Positions 28,301 to 36,386 of a DNA stretch of 64,000 bases are shown here, piece by piece. The stretch comes from Botryllus schlosseri (taxonomy: Eukaryota): the NCBI GenBank assembly GCA_051294905.1, contig CM119371.1, positions 2,172,001-2,236,000 on the forward strand. The letters run 5' to 3'. Numbering within the stretch: the stretch's first letter is position 1; each line of letters begins with the position of its first letter. The notes below the pieces were generated by a model, which ran no database searches, had not been told where the DNA came from, and saw nothing but the letters and a program-made list of their open reading frames with translations. The position numbers and the translations under genes are program-made.

Positions 28301-29080
28301 AGGAGATTTGGAGAGGTAGTGGTGGGAACATCGGTTGTCTGTGCAGGGAATTGCCCATGTACCATATTTCGTTTGTAGATGAACGTGGCGCTGGCAATGG
28401 GTGTCCTATCTGAAAGAGTAGCTCATGGTCTGAGGCAAATGGAGCATAATGGAACAGCTGATTTCATTTTGATGATGTACCAGTATGATGAGTACACAAA
28501 TTTATTGTGTTTTGTACTGTCAAAAGTAACTTGGATTTTTGACAGGTGGTTCCACATAGTAACGTGCAGGGTCAACTATCCTATTTACAATATGGGGGAT
28601 AGTAGGATAAGTGCCCTTCGTGAGTTTGCGGACAAACTCGAAAATTGGAAAGTAAACTAAATACACTATACCTGTTTATTGCGATTCCAACGTTAAGGTT
28701 TTTGTTACAGAATGACTCTGAAGCTCGTAAAGAGCCCAAGAGGATGATGGCCCTGCCAACAATGGAGGGTCTTATTTTCACCTCGCGTAGTTTGATAGGG
28801 CTGTGCGAGCAGTTGTTGCGGCAGATGCCTCGTGTGGCTCTTGGCACATTCACCCAAGATGTTTTGGAAGCATTCTTCGGGAATTTGGTTTGGTTGGTAG
28901 CCAACTATGCAATAATATGTTAACAAAATCCTAATTTCTCAGAGGCAACGTGGCAGACGCTGTCAAAATCCCGATATTGGCCAGGCTGCCTATGGCATTA
29001 ATCACCTTTCACAAAGCAAGGTGATTAAACGATCGGCTATCTTCAACAACAACAAAAAAGCGAAGTTCTCGAAACGGTAG
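22301..29080 (+). CDS. P-element (THAP9-like) transposase, 15 exons, ~766 aa; this copy is disrupted by a retro-insertion in exon 2. Exons: 22301-22500, 22619-22639+22929-23140, 23212-23299, 23380-23495, 23557-23694, 23777-23886, 23940-24145, 24208-24320, 24386-24478, 24535-24830, 24891-25073, 28379-28482, 28546-28651, 28711-28887, 28943-29080
   Basis: THAP motifs MPTHCALPGC...ICDHHF...GALPT. HTH region RYPTNVIQWAVELFSRSPAAY..LTLPTARTIQRF. Catalytic TLDEMK, VVADG and FTQDVLEAFFGNLRQRG, plus SDPPHLLKTARN and KMNVALA. All GT(GC)-AG junctions are in phase and the exons total 2301 nt. Confidence 0.88.
22640..22922 (-). mobile_element. 5'-truncated LINE/SINE 3' tail inserted antisense in the THAP exon, 6-bp TSD ccatca
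   Basis: ccatca at 22634-22639 and 22923-22928. The minus strand ends aataaagac(tc)n and contains cagactagatgacctt, similar to the CR1-group 3' stem. Removing the insert restores C-D-H-H-F. Confidence 0.8.
25125..28356. mobile_element. 3.2-kb non-autonomous foldback element (Sola2-like termini) in transposase intron 11, 4-bp TSD atgt
   Basis: atgt|gggcaattccctgcacagacaacc ... ggttgtctgtgcagggaattgccc|atgt. Inverted arms are ~1.1 kb, with the outer ~560 bp near-identical. Internal cggacatcgtgtctgg and gatatactcagctatcac repeats; no coding capacity. Confidence 0.88.
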
Positions 29081-29205
29081 TTGTATCTTGTTTTTTTTTA
29101 TTCGTACCTCATATGAACAATTGAGCAATACAATGCGATTTACAAATATATCTTTCTTGTAAAAGTTTGCGCTTGAGTGTTTAAGATAGGAAGGTGTCGT
29201 CATAA

Positions 29206-29460
29206 TGTAGCGTACCGCTCCATGATTAACCCATAATTACCCTCGCTAATGACTGATTACGTTACTGCTACGTCTTGTTGTGTTGTACTCTTTTATGCAG
29301 TCGCTTTTAGTCACCGTCCGAGCAGTCGATCTTTAGTTACCGTCGGACGAACATCGTCATGTTTTAGTTGTTTTATTAAAAGAGCAATGCTGACTTGTCT
29401 ACTTTGATTTATCGAGCCGCGGACCAAGAAGAACGCGCGCCCACGACAGAGCACGCTATA
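29206..29460 (+). repeat. 5' LTR
   Basis: tgtagcgtacc...gcacgctata; no differences from the 3' LTR seen by eye. Confidence 0.95.
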
Positions 29461-29463
29461 TTT

Positions 29464-29481
29464 TGGTGACCCCGACGTGAT
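29464..29481 (+). promoter_or_regulatory. Primer-binding site complementary to the tRNA-Trp 3' end
   Basis: tggtgaccccgacgtgat, 3 nt downstream of the 5' LTR, is the classical tRNA-Trp PBS sequence. Confidence 0.9.
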
Positions 29482-29546
29482 TCGCCAGCCGACTCAACCC
29501 CAACGTGCACTAGCCGACTCGCATCCCTTGCTCCGCTGTATTTGAA

Positions 29547-30512
29547 ATGTCTTCTCGACGACGACGACGACAACAATCGATGGAAGATATTGCCAGCTCG
29601 GACAATTTCAATGGTACCCCGAGGATGCCGCCACCGGTGGTCAATTTCTGGTCCCATTCGCCAGAGTCGTGGTTTGTTTCGGTGGAAGCCGGATTTGTCA
29701 GTTATGGGGTTACGGACTCCGCGTCGAAGTATTTCCATGTCCTGAGATGTTTAGACGGCAACCAGCTCGAATCGATTCGATTGAAGTTACCTGGCCCAGA
29801 AGACGACGACTGCTACGAAGTATTGCGTGATCTTCTGATGCGTGAGTACGCTATTCCCTTGCGAGACCGTGTTAAGGAGCTTTATAGCGATCGCTGTAGA
29901 GATTTAAAACCCTCTGAACTTCTGAAAAAATTGCGGAATGCAATGGGGGCTCTATCAAACACACCAGGTTCTGACTGTTATTTGAAAGAAACGTTCCTTC
30001 ATCATTTGCCAGATCATATTGCTGGGATATTGTCGTCACATGTAGACGATACCGTGGAACAGCTTGCCCTGCGAGCTGATAGTATATACACTCGTGCGTC
30101 TCCACCTGTGATGTCCAATCATTACAGTTATCCTCGGACTAATCAATTAGATGAATTACAACGAACTGTTCAATCGATAGCTCGTGAGGTCAGAGAATTG
30201 AAAGCGATACCTCCGGCACGACAACTAACTGTATCTGACGGACAACGATCACGTGATTTCAATCGTAGTTCCGTTCCTCCCCATGAACCCTTTAGAGACG
30301 ATCGACCAGCTTTTCGAACTCTGTCAAACCGTTCAGAGACACGTGGTGAGGTAACTCGATTTGCTCATCTGCGTGGTACGAATCAGTTGTGCTTTTATCA
30401 TGATAAATTCGGTGATCGAGCTCGAAATTGCCGTCCACCCTGTTCCTACTCCTCAAATCGCCCTTTTTTAGACGGAGGCCTCGTGAGGGATCGCAACAAT
30501 TTTCAACAGTAA
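29547..30512 (+). CDS. gag: Gag (321 aa)
   Basis: FWSHSPESWFVSVEAGF..KYFHV capsid-like N-terminus and the C-terminal CHCC motif CFYHDKFGDRARNCRPPC. Confidence 0.92.
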   Translation: MSSRRRRRQQSMEDIASSDNFNGTPRMPPPVVNFWSHSPESWFVSVEAGFVSYGVTDSASKYFHVLRCLDGNQLESIRLKLPGPEDDDCYEVLRDLLMREYAIPLRDRVKELYSDRCRDLKPSELLKKLRNAMGALSNTPGSDCYLKETFLHHLPDHIAGILSSHVDDTVEQLALRADSIYTRASPPVMSNHYSYPRTNQLDELQRTVQSIAREVRELKAIPPARQLTVSDGQRSRDFNRSSVPPHEPFRDDRPAFRTLSNRSETRGEVTRFAHLRGTNQLCFYHDKFGDRARNCRPPCSYSSNRPFLDGGLVRDRNNFQQ

Positions 30513-33500
30513 ATGCCAACTCTGAATGTCAAAACCCTTTATTGCATGTACGAGATTCGATTTCAGGGCAGATTTTTCTCGTCGATACTGGAGCATCCGT
30601 TTCTGTTCTACCGACTTCAAGTAACGTTTTCAAGAATAAACCAGGACCAAATCTGTACGCTACAAATGGATCGAAAATTGCGACGTTTGGAACGAGATAT
30701 TTACGGATCGAGTTCTCCGATAGACCCAAGTATGGATTTCGATTCTACATTGCCGATACACACATTGCCATATTGGGGGCTGATTTTATTAAGCGATTTT
30801 CTCTCGTCGTTGATTTGAGGAGCAATTGTCTGATTGATACTGTTTCAGGAGGTTTCATTCCTGGCTGGAAGTGTAAACCAGTAGTTCGCGGTTTGAACTT
30901 TATAGCGCCTGATCACAATACGCCATATGCAGACCTTTTGTCGAGCTTCAACGACATTACCATTCCACGGAATGCAGCAGTACGAGCTAATCACGGTACT
31001 GTTCATCGTATTATTACTAACGGATGTCCCATTCGTTCTCGCTGTCGCCCATTGCCGCCACATTTGAAACAGAAGGTGAAGAATCGATTGCAAGAGATGT
31101 TGAAGTCCGGTGTAATCATTCGCTCAAAATCGCCTTTCGCCTCTCCCATCACTGTCGTACCAAAGGGGTTAGATGATATTAGAATCTGTGTCGACTATAG
31201 GAAATTGAACAATCAAACGGTCAAGGATCGATGGCCTGTCCCATTTCTACGTGATTTTACCAATGAACTGTCGAACTGTAATGTTTTTAGCAAAGTTGAC
31301 TTAGCGAAGGCGTACCATCAAATTCCTCTTCATACGGACGATCAAGAGAAGGCTGCTTTTATTTGTCCCGAAGGACTTTTCCAACCAACGACGATGATGT
31401 TCGGCTTGACCAACGCTTGTAGTACTTTTAGCCGTTTTATATCCGAAGTAACCGAAGGACTGGAGAATATTTTCGTGTTTTTAGACGACATTTTAATTAC
31501 GACTCGGACTGAAGAAGAGCACATGGCAACATTGTCGAAATTGTTTTCAAGGTTTCGTAAGTTCGGACTGGTCATAAATGTTGATAAGTGCAGTTTCGGT
31601 AAGGAAGAAATCGAATTTTTAGGTCACCTTGTTAATGCAAGGGGAATTAGTCCCTTGCCGTCTAAGGTTGAAGTAATCTCTAACTATCCTCGTCCCGAAA
31701 ATGTAAAACAACTACGTTCATTCCTTGGACTAGTCTGCTATTACCACCGTTTTGTCAAAAAGTGTGCCGAGATTTTGAAGCCACTGTATGACGTGGCCAA
31801 TGCAGCATCGAATAAGCGTGATCTTGTAAAATGGACAGATAGTGCTAACACAGCTTTCGAACGCATCAAGACCGAACTGTCCGATAATGTCATATTGTTC
31901 CACCCGATTCATGATGCCGAACTGTCACTCGTGGTAGACGCTAGTCAAATCGGAATTGGAGCTGTTTTGCAACAGAAACGTGATGATTCGTGGTTACCCT
32001 TAGCATTCTTCTCGAAAACCTTGAACCCGACACAGCGCAAGTACTCCGCATTTGATCGCGAGCTTTTAGCGGCTTATTCAGCAATAAAGCATTTTCATGT
32101 CCAGCTAAAGGGTAGGAAATTTCAACTGATTACCGATAATGACGGGCTTGTAAAATCGTTAAGGAATCCAACTGACAGACTTCTGGATCGTCAAGCAAGG
32201 CAATTGGAATTCATCACGGAATATACCGACGACGTCAGACACATCAAAGGGAATGTGAACACAGCTGCGGATACTCTCTCCAGACTCGAGGTGAACGCGA
32301 TTTTTCCGAACACTGTTCCCATCACAGCGGAAGCATTACTAGAAGCCCAGAAAGACGATGATGAGCTCAAAGAACTCCTCGCTAACGCCGATGACCACTC
32401 CTTGCATCTCGCGGAAGTACATTTCGAAGAGTTGAACGATCCTATCATCTTCGACAAATCGTTACCTGGTAGAGAACGTCCCTACGTTCCTGCAGCGCTT
32501 CGAGATACTGTAATGCACAGTGTGCATGATATTTCGCACCCCGGCATACGCGCGACCACTAAATTGATAGCTGAACGCTATGTGTGGCCTGGTATGAAAC
32601 GTCATGTGAACGATTTCGTCCGTCATTGTCAGCAGTGTCAACGATCGAAGATTCATAGGCATACTCGAACTGCAATCAACAATCTTCCCGTCCCTTCCGA
32701 ACGCTTTCACACGGTTAACGTGGACATATTGTCACTCCCGAATAGTTGTGGTTACTCGTATATTCTGATGTGTGTTGATCGCTATACTCGCTGGCCCGTA
32801 TGTGTTCCCATGATGGACATTCGCGCTCAAACTGTTATTGATGCGTTTAGTTTTGGCTGGGTGTCAAATTTCGGCTCACCCCGTAAAGTAATAACCGATC
32901 GAGGAAGTCAGTTTACCTCACTTGAATGGACTCAGTATATGCAATTCTTGGGTATTTTCCATATCACAACCTTGGCGTATAAGCCGGAACAAAATTCTCT
33001 TGTCGAACGCTATAACAGAACTTTGAAAGCCTCCCTCCGCGCATTAGAAAGTCCTCATAATTGGTATCATCATTTAGGCCTAATTGTTTTAGGGCTGCGA
33101 TGTTCTGTCAAGGAAGATCTCGGTTATTCACCAGCAGAGCTTGTGTATGGCACTTCCCTTCGATTACCCGGTCAATTAGTCAATCCCTCTTCCAGTGGTA
33201 ATAACGCTAATGATTTCAACTACGTTGGTGAATTGAAACGCTTTTTCTCAGCCGTGGGTGAGATGCCGACTAGGTTTCATTCGAATCAAAAATCTTATGT
33301 CCCAAACGATTTGAATAATTGCACGCACGTTTTCTTGCGGATAGATGGTCATCGTAGATCACTTGATCCGGTTTATTCTGGACCACATCAAGTTTTAAAA
33401 CGCACTCATAAATGTTTCACAATTCAAACGAATAAGGGTCCGTATGACGCCTCAACCGACAGGCTTATACCTGGCAGACTTCCCATCGAGCGTCTCGACG

Positions 33501-33625
33501 AATTGACGCCACTGCAAGTTGATATTTCGCGAACAAATACTGTGTCGGCCAGCGGCCGTAATATTCGTACTCCACATCACTTGAATGACTTTGTGTTGTC
33601 ACCAGTATTTAAAATGGATATTTAG
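30428..33625 (+). CDS. pol: Pol polyprotein (protease, reverse transcriptase, RNase H, integrase), probably expressed as Gag-Pol
   Basis: Protease LVDTGA; RT CVDYRKLN, KVDLAKAYHQI and VFLDDIL; RNase H VDASQIGIGAVL and DRELLA; integrase HDISH..CQQC, ITDRGSQF and VERYNRTLK. Uninterrupted ORF. Confidence 0.95.
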   Translation: MPSTLFLLLKSPFFRRRPREGSQQFSTVNANSECQNPLLHVRDSISGQIFLVDTGASVSVLPTSSNVFKNKPGPNLYATNGSKIATFGTRYLRIEFSDRPKYGFRFYIADTHIAILGADFIKRFSLVVDLRSNCLIDTVSGGFIPGWKCKPVVRGLNFIAPDHNTPYADLLSSFNDITIPRNAAVRANHGTVHRIITNGCPIRSRCRPLPPHLKQKVKNRLQEMLKSGVIIRSKSPFASPITVVPKGLDDIRICVDYRKLNNQTVKDRWPVPFLRDFTNELSNCNVFSKVDLAKAYHQIPLHTDDQEKAAFICPEGLFQPTTMMFGLTNACSTFSRFISEVTEGLENIFVFLDDILITTRTEEEHMATLSKLFSRFRKFGLVINVDKCSFGKEEIEFLGHLVNARGISPLPSKVEVISNYPRPENVKQLRSFLGLVCYYHRFVKKCAEILKPLYDVANAASNKRDLVKWTDSANTAFERIKTELSDNVILFHPIHDAELSLVVDASQIGIGAVLQQKRDDSWLPLAFFSKTLNPTQRKYSAFDRELLAAYSAIKHFHVQLKGRKFQLITDNDGLVKSLRNPTDRLLDRQARQLEFITEYTDDVRHIKGNVNTAADTLSRLEVNAIFPNTVPITAEALLEAQKDDDELKELLANADDHSLHLAEVHFEELNDPIIFDKSLPGRERPYVPAALRDTVMHSVHDISHPGIRATTKLIAERYVWPGMKRHVNDFVRHCQQCQRSKIHRHTRTAINNLPVPSERFHTVNVDILSLPNSCGYSYILMCVDRYTRWPVCVPMMDIRAQTVIDAFSFGWVSNFGSPRKVITDRGSQFTSLEWTQYMQFLGIFHITTLAYKPEQNSLVERYNRTLKASLRALESPHNWYHHLGLIVLGLRCSVKEDLGYSPAELVYGTSLRLPGQLVNPSSSGNNANDFNYVGELKRFFSAVGEMPTRFHSNQKSYVPNDLNNCTHVFLRIDGHRRSLDPVYSGPHQVLKRTHKCFTIQTNKGPYDASTDRLIPGRLPIERLDELTPLQVDISRTNTVSASGRNIRTPHHLNDFVLSPVFKMDI
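30464..30470 (+). promoter_or_regulatory. Putative -1 ribosomal frameshift slippery site T TTT TTA
   Basis: X XXY YYZ heptamer in the gag frame within the gag/pol overlap. pol is in the -1 frame, and a GC-rich self-complementary stretch (ggaggcctcgtgaggg) follows. Confidence 0.7.
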
Positions 33626-33962
33626 TGTGTTACTCATTCACTTTTCCGCCATCACTTGTATTATTTCGCTGCAGGTTTTTTTCTTCATCTCCTGTATGTT
33701 CTATAAATCGTGTCTTATTTAGCCTGTCTCATTGTAAAGTGCATCATTATCGCTAAACGAAAAATCGTGTCGTTAATAGCTTCGCCATTACGCCCATCTC
33801 ACTTTCATTAACGTTGGAGCATTTAGAATTGAACTCGTATTCGAATCGCAATCTGTAATCATTGCCGTGTCATGCTGGTAGGGTCCTTCATTCGTATTTA
33901 TAGCGTTGACTGATGTAGTTTCCATATTATATTCTAAAGCTTTTACCAACCAGGGGGGCCCT

Positions 33963-34217
33963 TGTAGCGTACCGCTCCATGATTAACCCATAATTACCCT
34001 CGCTAATGACTGATTACGTTACTGCTACGTCTTGTTGTGTTGTACTCTTTTATGCAGTCGCTTTTAGTCACCGTCCGAGCAGTCGATCTTTAGTTACCGT
34101 CGGACGAACATCGTCATGTTTTAGTTGTTTTATTAAAAGAGCAATGCTGACTTGTCTACTTTGATTTATCGAGCCGCGGACCAAGAAGAACGCGCGCCCA
34201 CGACAGAGCACGCTATA
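33963..34217 (+). repeat. 3' LTR, preceded by the polypurine tract agggggg
   Basis: Direct repeat of 29206-29460. Confidence 0.95.
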
Positions 34218-34294
34218 ATAACTTGTAGCAGTCTTTTCATCAGCAACCCACTTCGTCTAGCAGTCTTTTCATCAGCAACCCACTTCGTCTAAAG

Positions 34295-34704
34295 CAGTGG
34301 TTCCCAAAGCGGGCGATATCGCCACCCAGGAGGCGATTGCCAGGGTTGTAACCAAGCCAATTTCACTAACAGTTTTGCATCAAGTCGAAAAATTTCAAGT
34401 GACTGTTCTGTTCAGTGTTCACTTTTTATAACTGTTTGGTGACATCGAATGATTCGCATTGATTTTCATCACTTTCAGCAGCTTCTGGTAGCAAGTACCA
34501 ATTACCCAAAAGCGTGATTTGATTACTTAAATTACAATGTAATGTTGGTCTTGGCCGTCTCCGTCTGAGTCATATGACAAGGTTCAGTCAACTCGAGTCA
34601 TTACAACCCCGGCGATGGCGCGTTAAAACGGCTATATTGGAGTCAAGTCGGAGAAATGACCTGACCTGAGTCTGAGAAATGACGAAAAAGGTTGGGAACC
34701 ACTG
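34295..34704. mobile_element. hAT (Buster/Charlie-type) MITE containing a second nested hAT MITE at 34341-34611
   Basis: Outer: gtctaaag|cagtggttcccaa...ttgggaaccactg|gtctagag. Inner: gcgattgc|cagggttgtaa...ttacaaccccg|gcgatggc. Confidence 0.8.
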
Positions 34705-35110
34705 GTCTAGAGCATGTAGCCTGTATAAGAGGCATGAACAGAACACCGAAAGAATAGTAAGCAGACAAATTGAAACTGACAAATCATTGAAGTGGCATGC
34801 GTCAGTAGGCCCGAGAATCTATAGTGCTAGCTACTATTTCTTAATTGGAACTAATTGCATGTCGACTTGGAATGTTGGGACTCATTGAAAGAAGTAGTAC
34901 AATAGGCACAGTCTTATATTGCAAGGAAGTGCTACAACGTAAAACAAAATCTAGTCGGCATCTTTTGAAAGGAACAGTAGGCACAGTATCATGTTGCAAG
35001 GAAAGTGATACAAAGTCAATAAAATCATCTTGTCGTCAACTCAAAATGTAGAGATTGACCAAGTGTTGAACTTTGTAATGGAAATTTGTGAGATGCTACC
35101 TTCTCATCAC

Positions 35111-36106
35111 CTATTGCGATAGCTGACTGCGGAGTGAAACTGCTCCGGTAGTCACTTTATCGTGCAGACGTTCAAACAGTCTCTTTGCGAAGCTGTGTGA
35201 AAAAACTCGGATCATCAATGACGTTACGTAAGTGACGAGCTGTCTTATATCCAACTCAGATGCATCCTCAACACACAGGTCGTAAACCCTATGAATAAAA
35301 GATTCATAGTACTGACCACTGAAAATGGCGATTTTGGCATTTTCGAAATTGATGAAAGATGGGTGACGGTTGCTGGCTTCTTTACAGAATGTCAGATAAA
35401 CATGTTCCACATAAAACATATACTCTTCTGTAGGATACATTAAACACCCAGCCTTCCTCTCCATAAATGAAATAAAGGAGCCACGCGGTTGGTCGTTGCA
35501 CAGCAGCTTCACAATGTCGAAACGAAAGCGCTCACGTCCAGGAGGTCCTCGTGCCTTGTTCAAAGTGTACCCAGCAATGTACTCAAGAGTTTCACTCTCA
35601 AATTGCTGAATTGAACCACCTTTAGTTTCATCTTCTTTGACCGAACCCTTCATTATCATTAATTTCATTGCGTCTAGAAGAAACTTTGACGCCTCAATCC
35701 TAGATGTATTTTCATTGAAGTAGTCCTGTGCGTGAACTGCTTCAGTTGGATAATGCCGTATCACAGTTGCTGATTCTGGTTTCGATACAAATTCGCGCCA
35801 AAATCCATCAATCTTCTGCTTTCCAAATTCAGAAAGTGTCAGTGCACTACTGACTTGCTGAATGAAGTCAGCAGGCAGACTAGAATCGGAAAGGATGGCT
35901 CTCGTGCGTTTCCCAATTTTGCTAGCTGGTGCTTCATTTCCTTCACCGTCCTCCATGTCATTGTACAACAGATCTTGGATCACATCGTCAGTCAGAAGTG
36001 ATTCCCAATCAAATTCGCCTACATCAGCCATGTCCAAAAATTTACAACGATACCCACAATTATTCGAATCCCTGTAGAGAGTATATTGTATAACAACAAT
36101 TCTCAT
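35111..36106 (-). CDS. Second P-element gene: stand-alone protein resembling the P-transposase C-terminal domain (331 aa, or 306 aa from the ATG at 36031)
   Basis: Intact intronless ORF inside the TIRs. Motifs ETLEYIAGYTLNK, SFISFMERKAGCLMYPTEEY and LMIRVFSHSFAKRL parallel EYIAGYVIKK, GGLIKPS and FKIRIYFRIK as recalled for the C-terminus of Drosophila P transposase. Acidic N-terminus. Confidence 0.82.
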   Translation of the reverse strand: MRIVVIQYTLYRDSNNCGYRCKFLDMADVGEFDWESLLTDDVIQDLLYNDMEDGEGNEAPASKIGKRTRAILSDSSLPADFIQQVSSALTLSEFGKQKIDGFWREFVSKPESATVIRHYPTEAVHAQDYFNENTSRIEASKFLLDAMKLMIMKGSVKEDETKGGSIQQFESETLEYIAGYTLNKARGPPGRERFRFDIVKLLCNDQPRGSFISFMERKAGCLMYPTEEYMFYVEHVYLTFCKEASNRHPSFINFENAKIAIFSGQYYESFIHRVYDLCVEDASELDIRQLVTYVTSLMIRVFSHSFAKRLFERLHDKVTTGAVSLRSQLSQ

Positions 36107-36149
36107 GTAGTCATGTACCGTATAGCCATATTTAATGCTTTAAAATTGT

Positions 36150-36386
36150 ATTCACTTGCCCATCTCTCTAGCACTGATTATGTAGCATCAACCGAATAAC
36201 CTTGGTTAGTAACCACACGGAGTAGCTACTCTCTTAACTAACCTCACGGATAGATATTCCTATTCAAATGCAGAAATTAACATCCTCTTCCACAAGCTCC
36301 CAGCAAAACAAATCGAGCAGCGTAGACAGTCACCAGAGCGTGACGCCCGGCAGTGTCGCATCCACGGTTTACCTTAGTTATCTATA
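36150..36386 (-). repeat. Right TIR of the P element
   Basis: Reverse complement of 21830-22070. Confidence 0.9.

Larger units (their letters stand above)
29206..34217 (+). mobile_element. Intact Ty3/Gypsy LTR retrotransposon, CsRn1/Boudicca/Kabuki-like clade, 4-bp TSD ataa
   Basis: Two 255-bp LTRs, ataa at 29202-29205 and 34218-34221, tRNA-Trp primer-binding site, CHCC Gag knuckle and PR-RT-RH-IN order. Confidence 0.96.
21830..36386 (+). mobile_element. P-superfamily DNA transposon with two convergent genes, ~240-bp TIRs and 7-bp TSD gtcaaat
   Basis: Termini tatagataactaaggtaaaccgt (21830) and acggtttaccttagttatctata (36386). gtcaaat lies at 21823-21829 and 36387-36393. The element encloses a THAP-DDE P transposase. 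Confidence 0.93.

Noticed and set aside
29409..32710. Short alternative-frame and antisense ORFs within gag/pol, and similar ones over the NACHT exon
   Set aside because: Shadow ORFs of long coding sequences with no independent features.
21830..36386. Classification as Kolobok or Harbinger (known two-gene DNA transposons)
   Set aside because: There is no TTAA or 3-bp TSD, and the DEM/ADG/DxxH/QDxLExFFG motifs are P-type.
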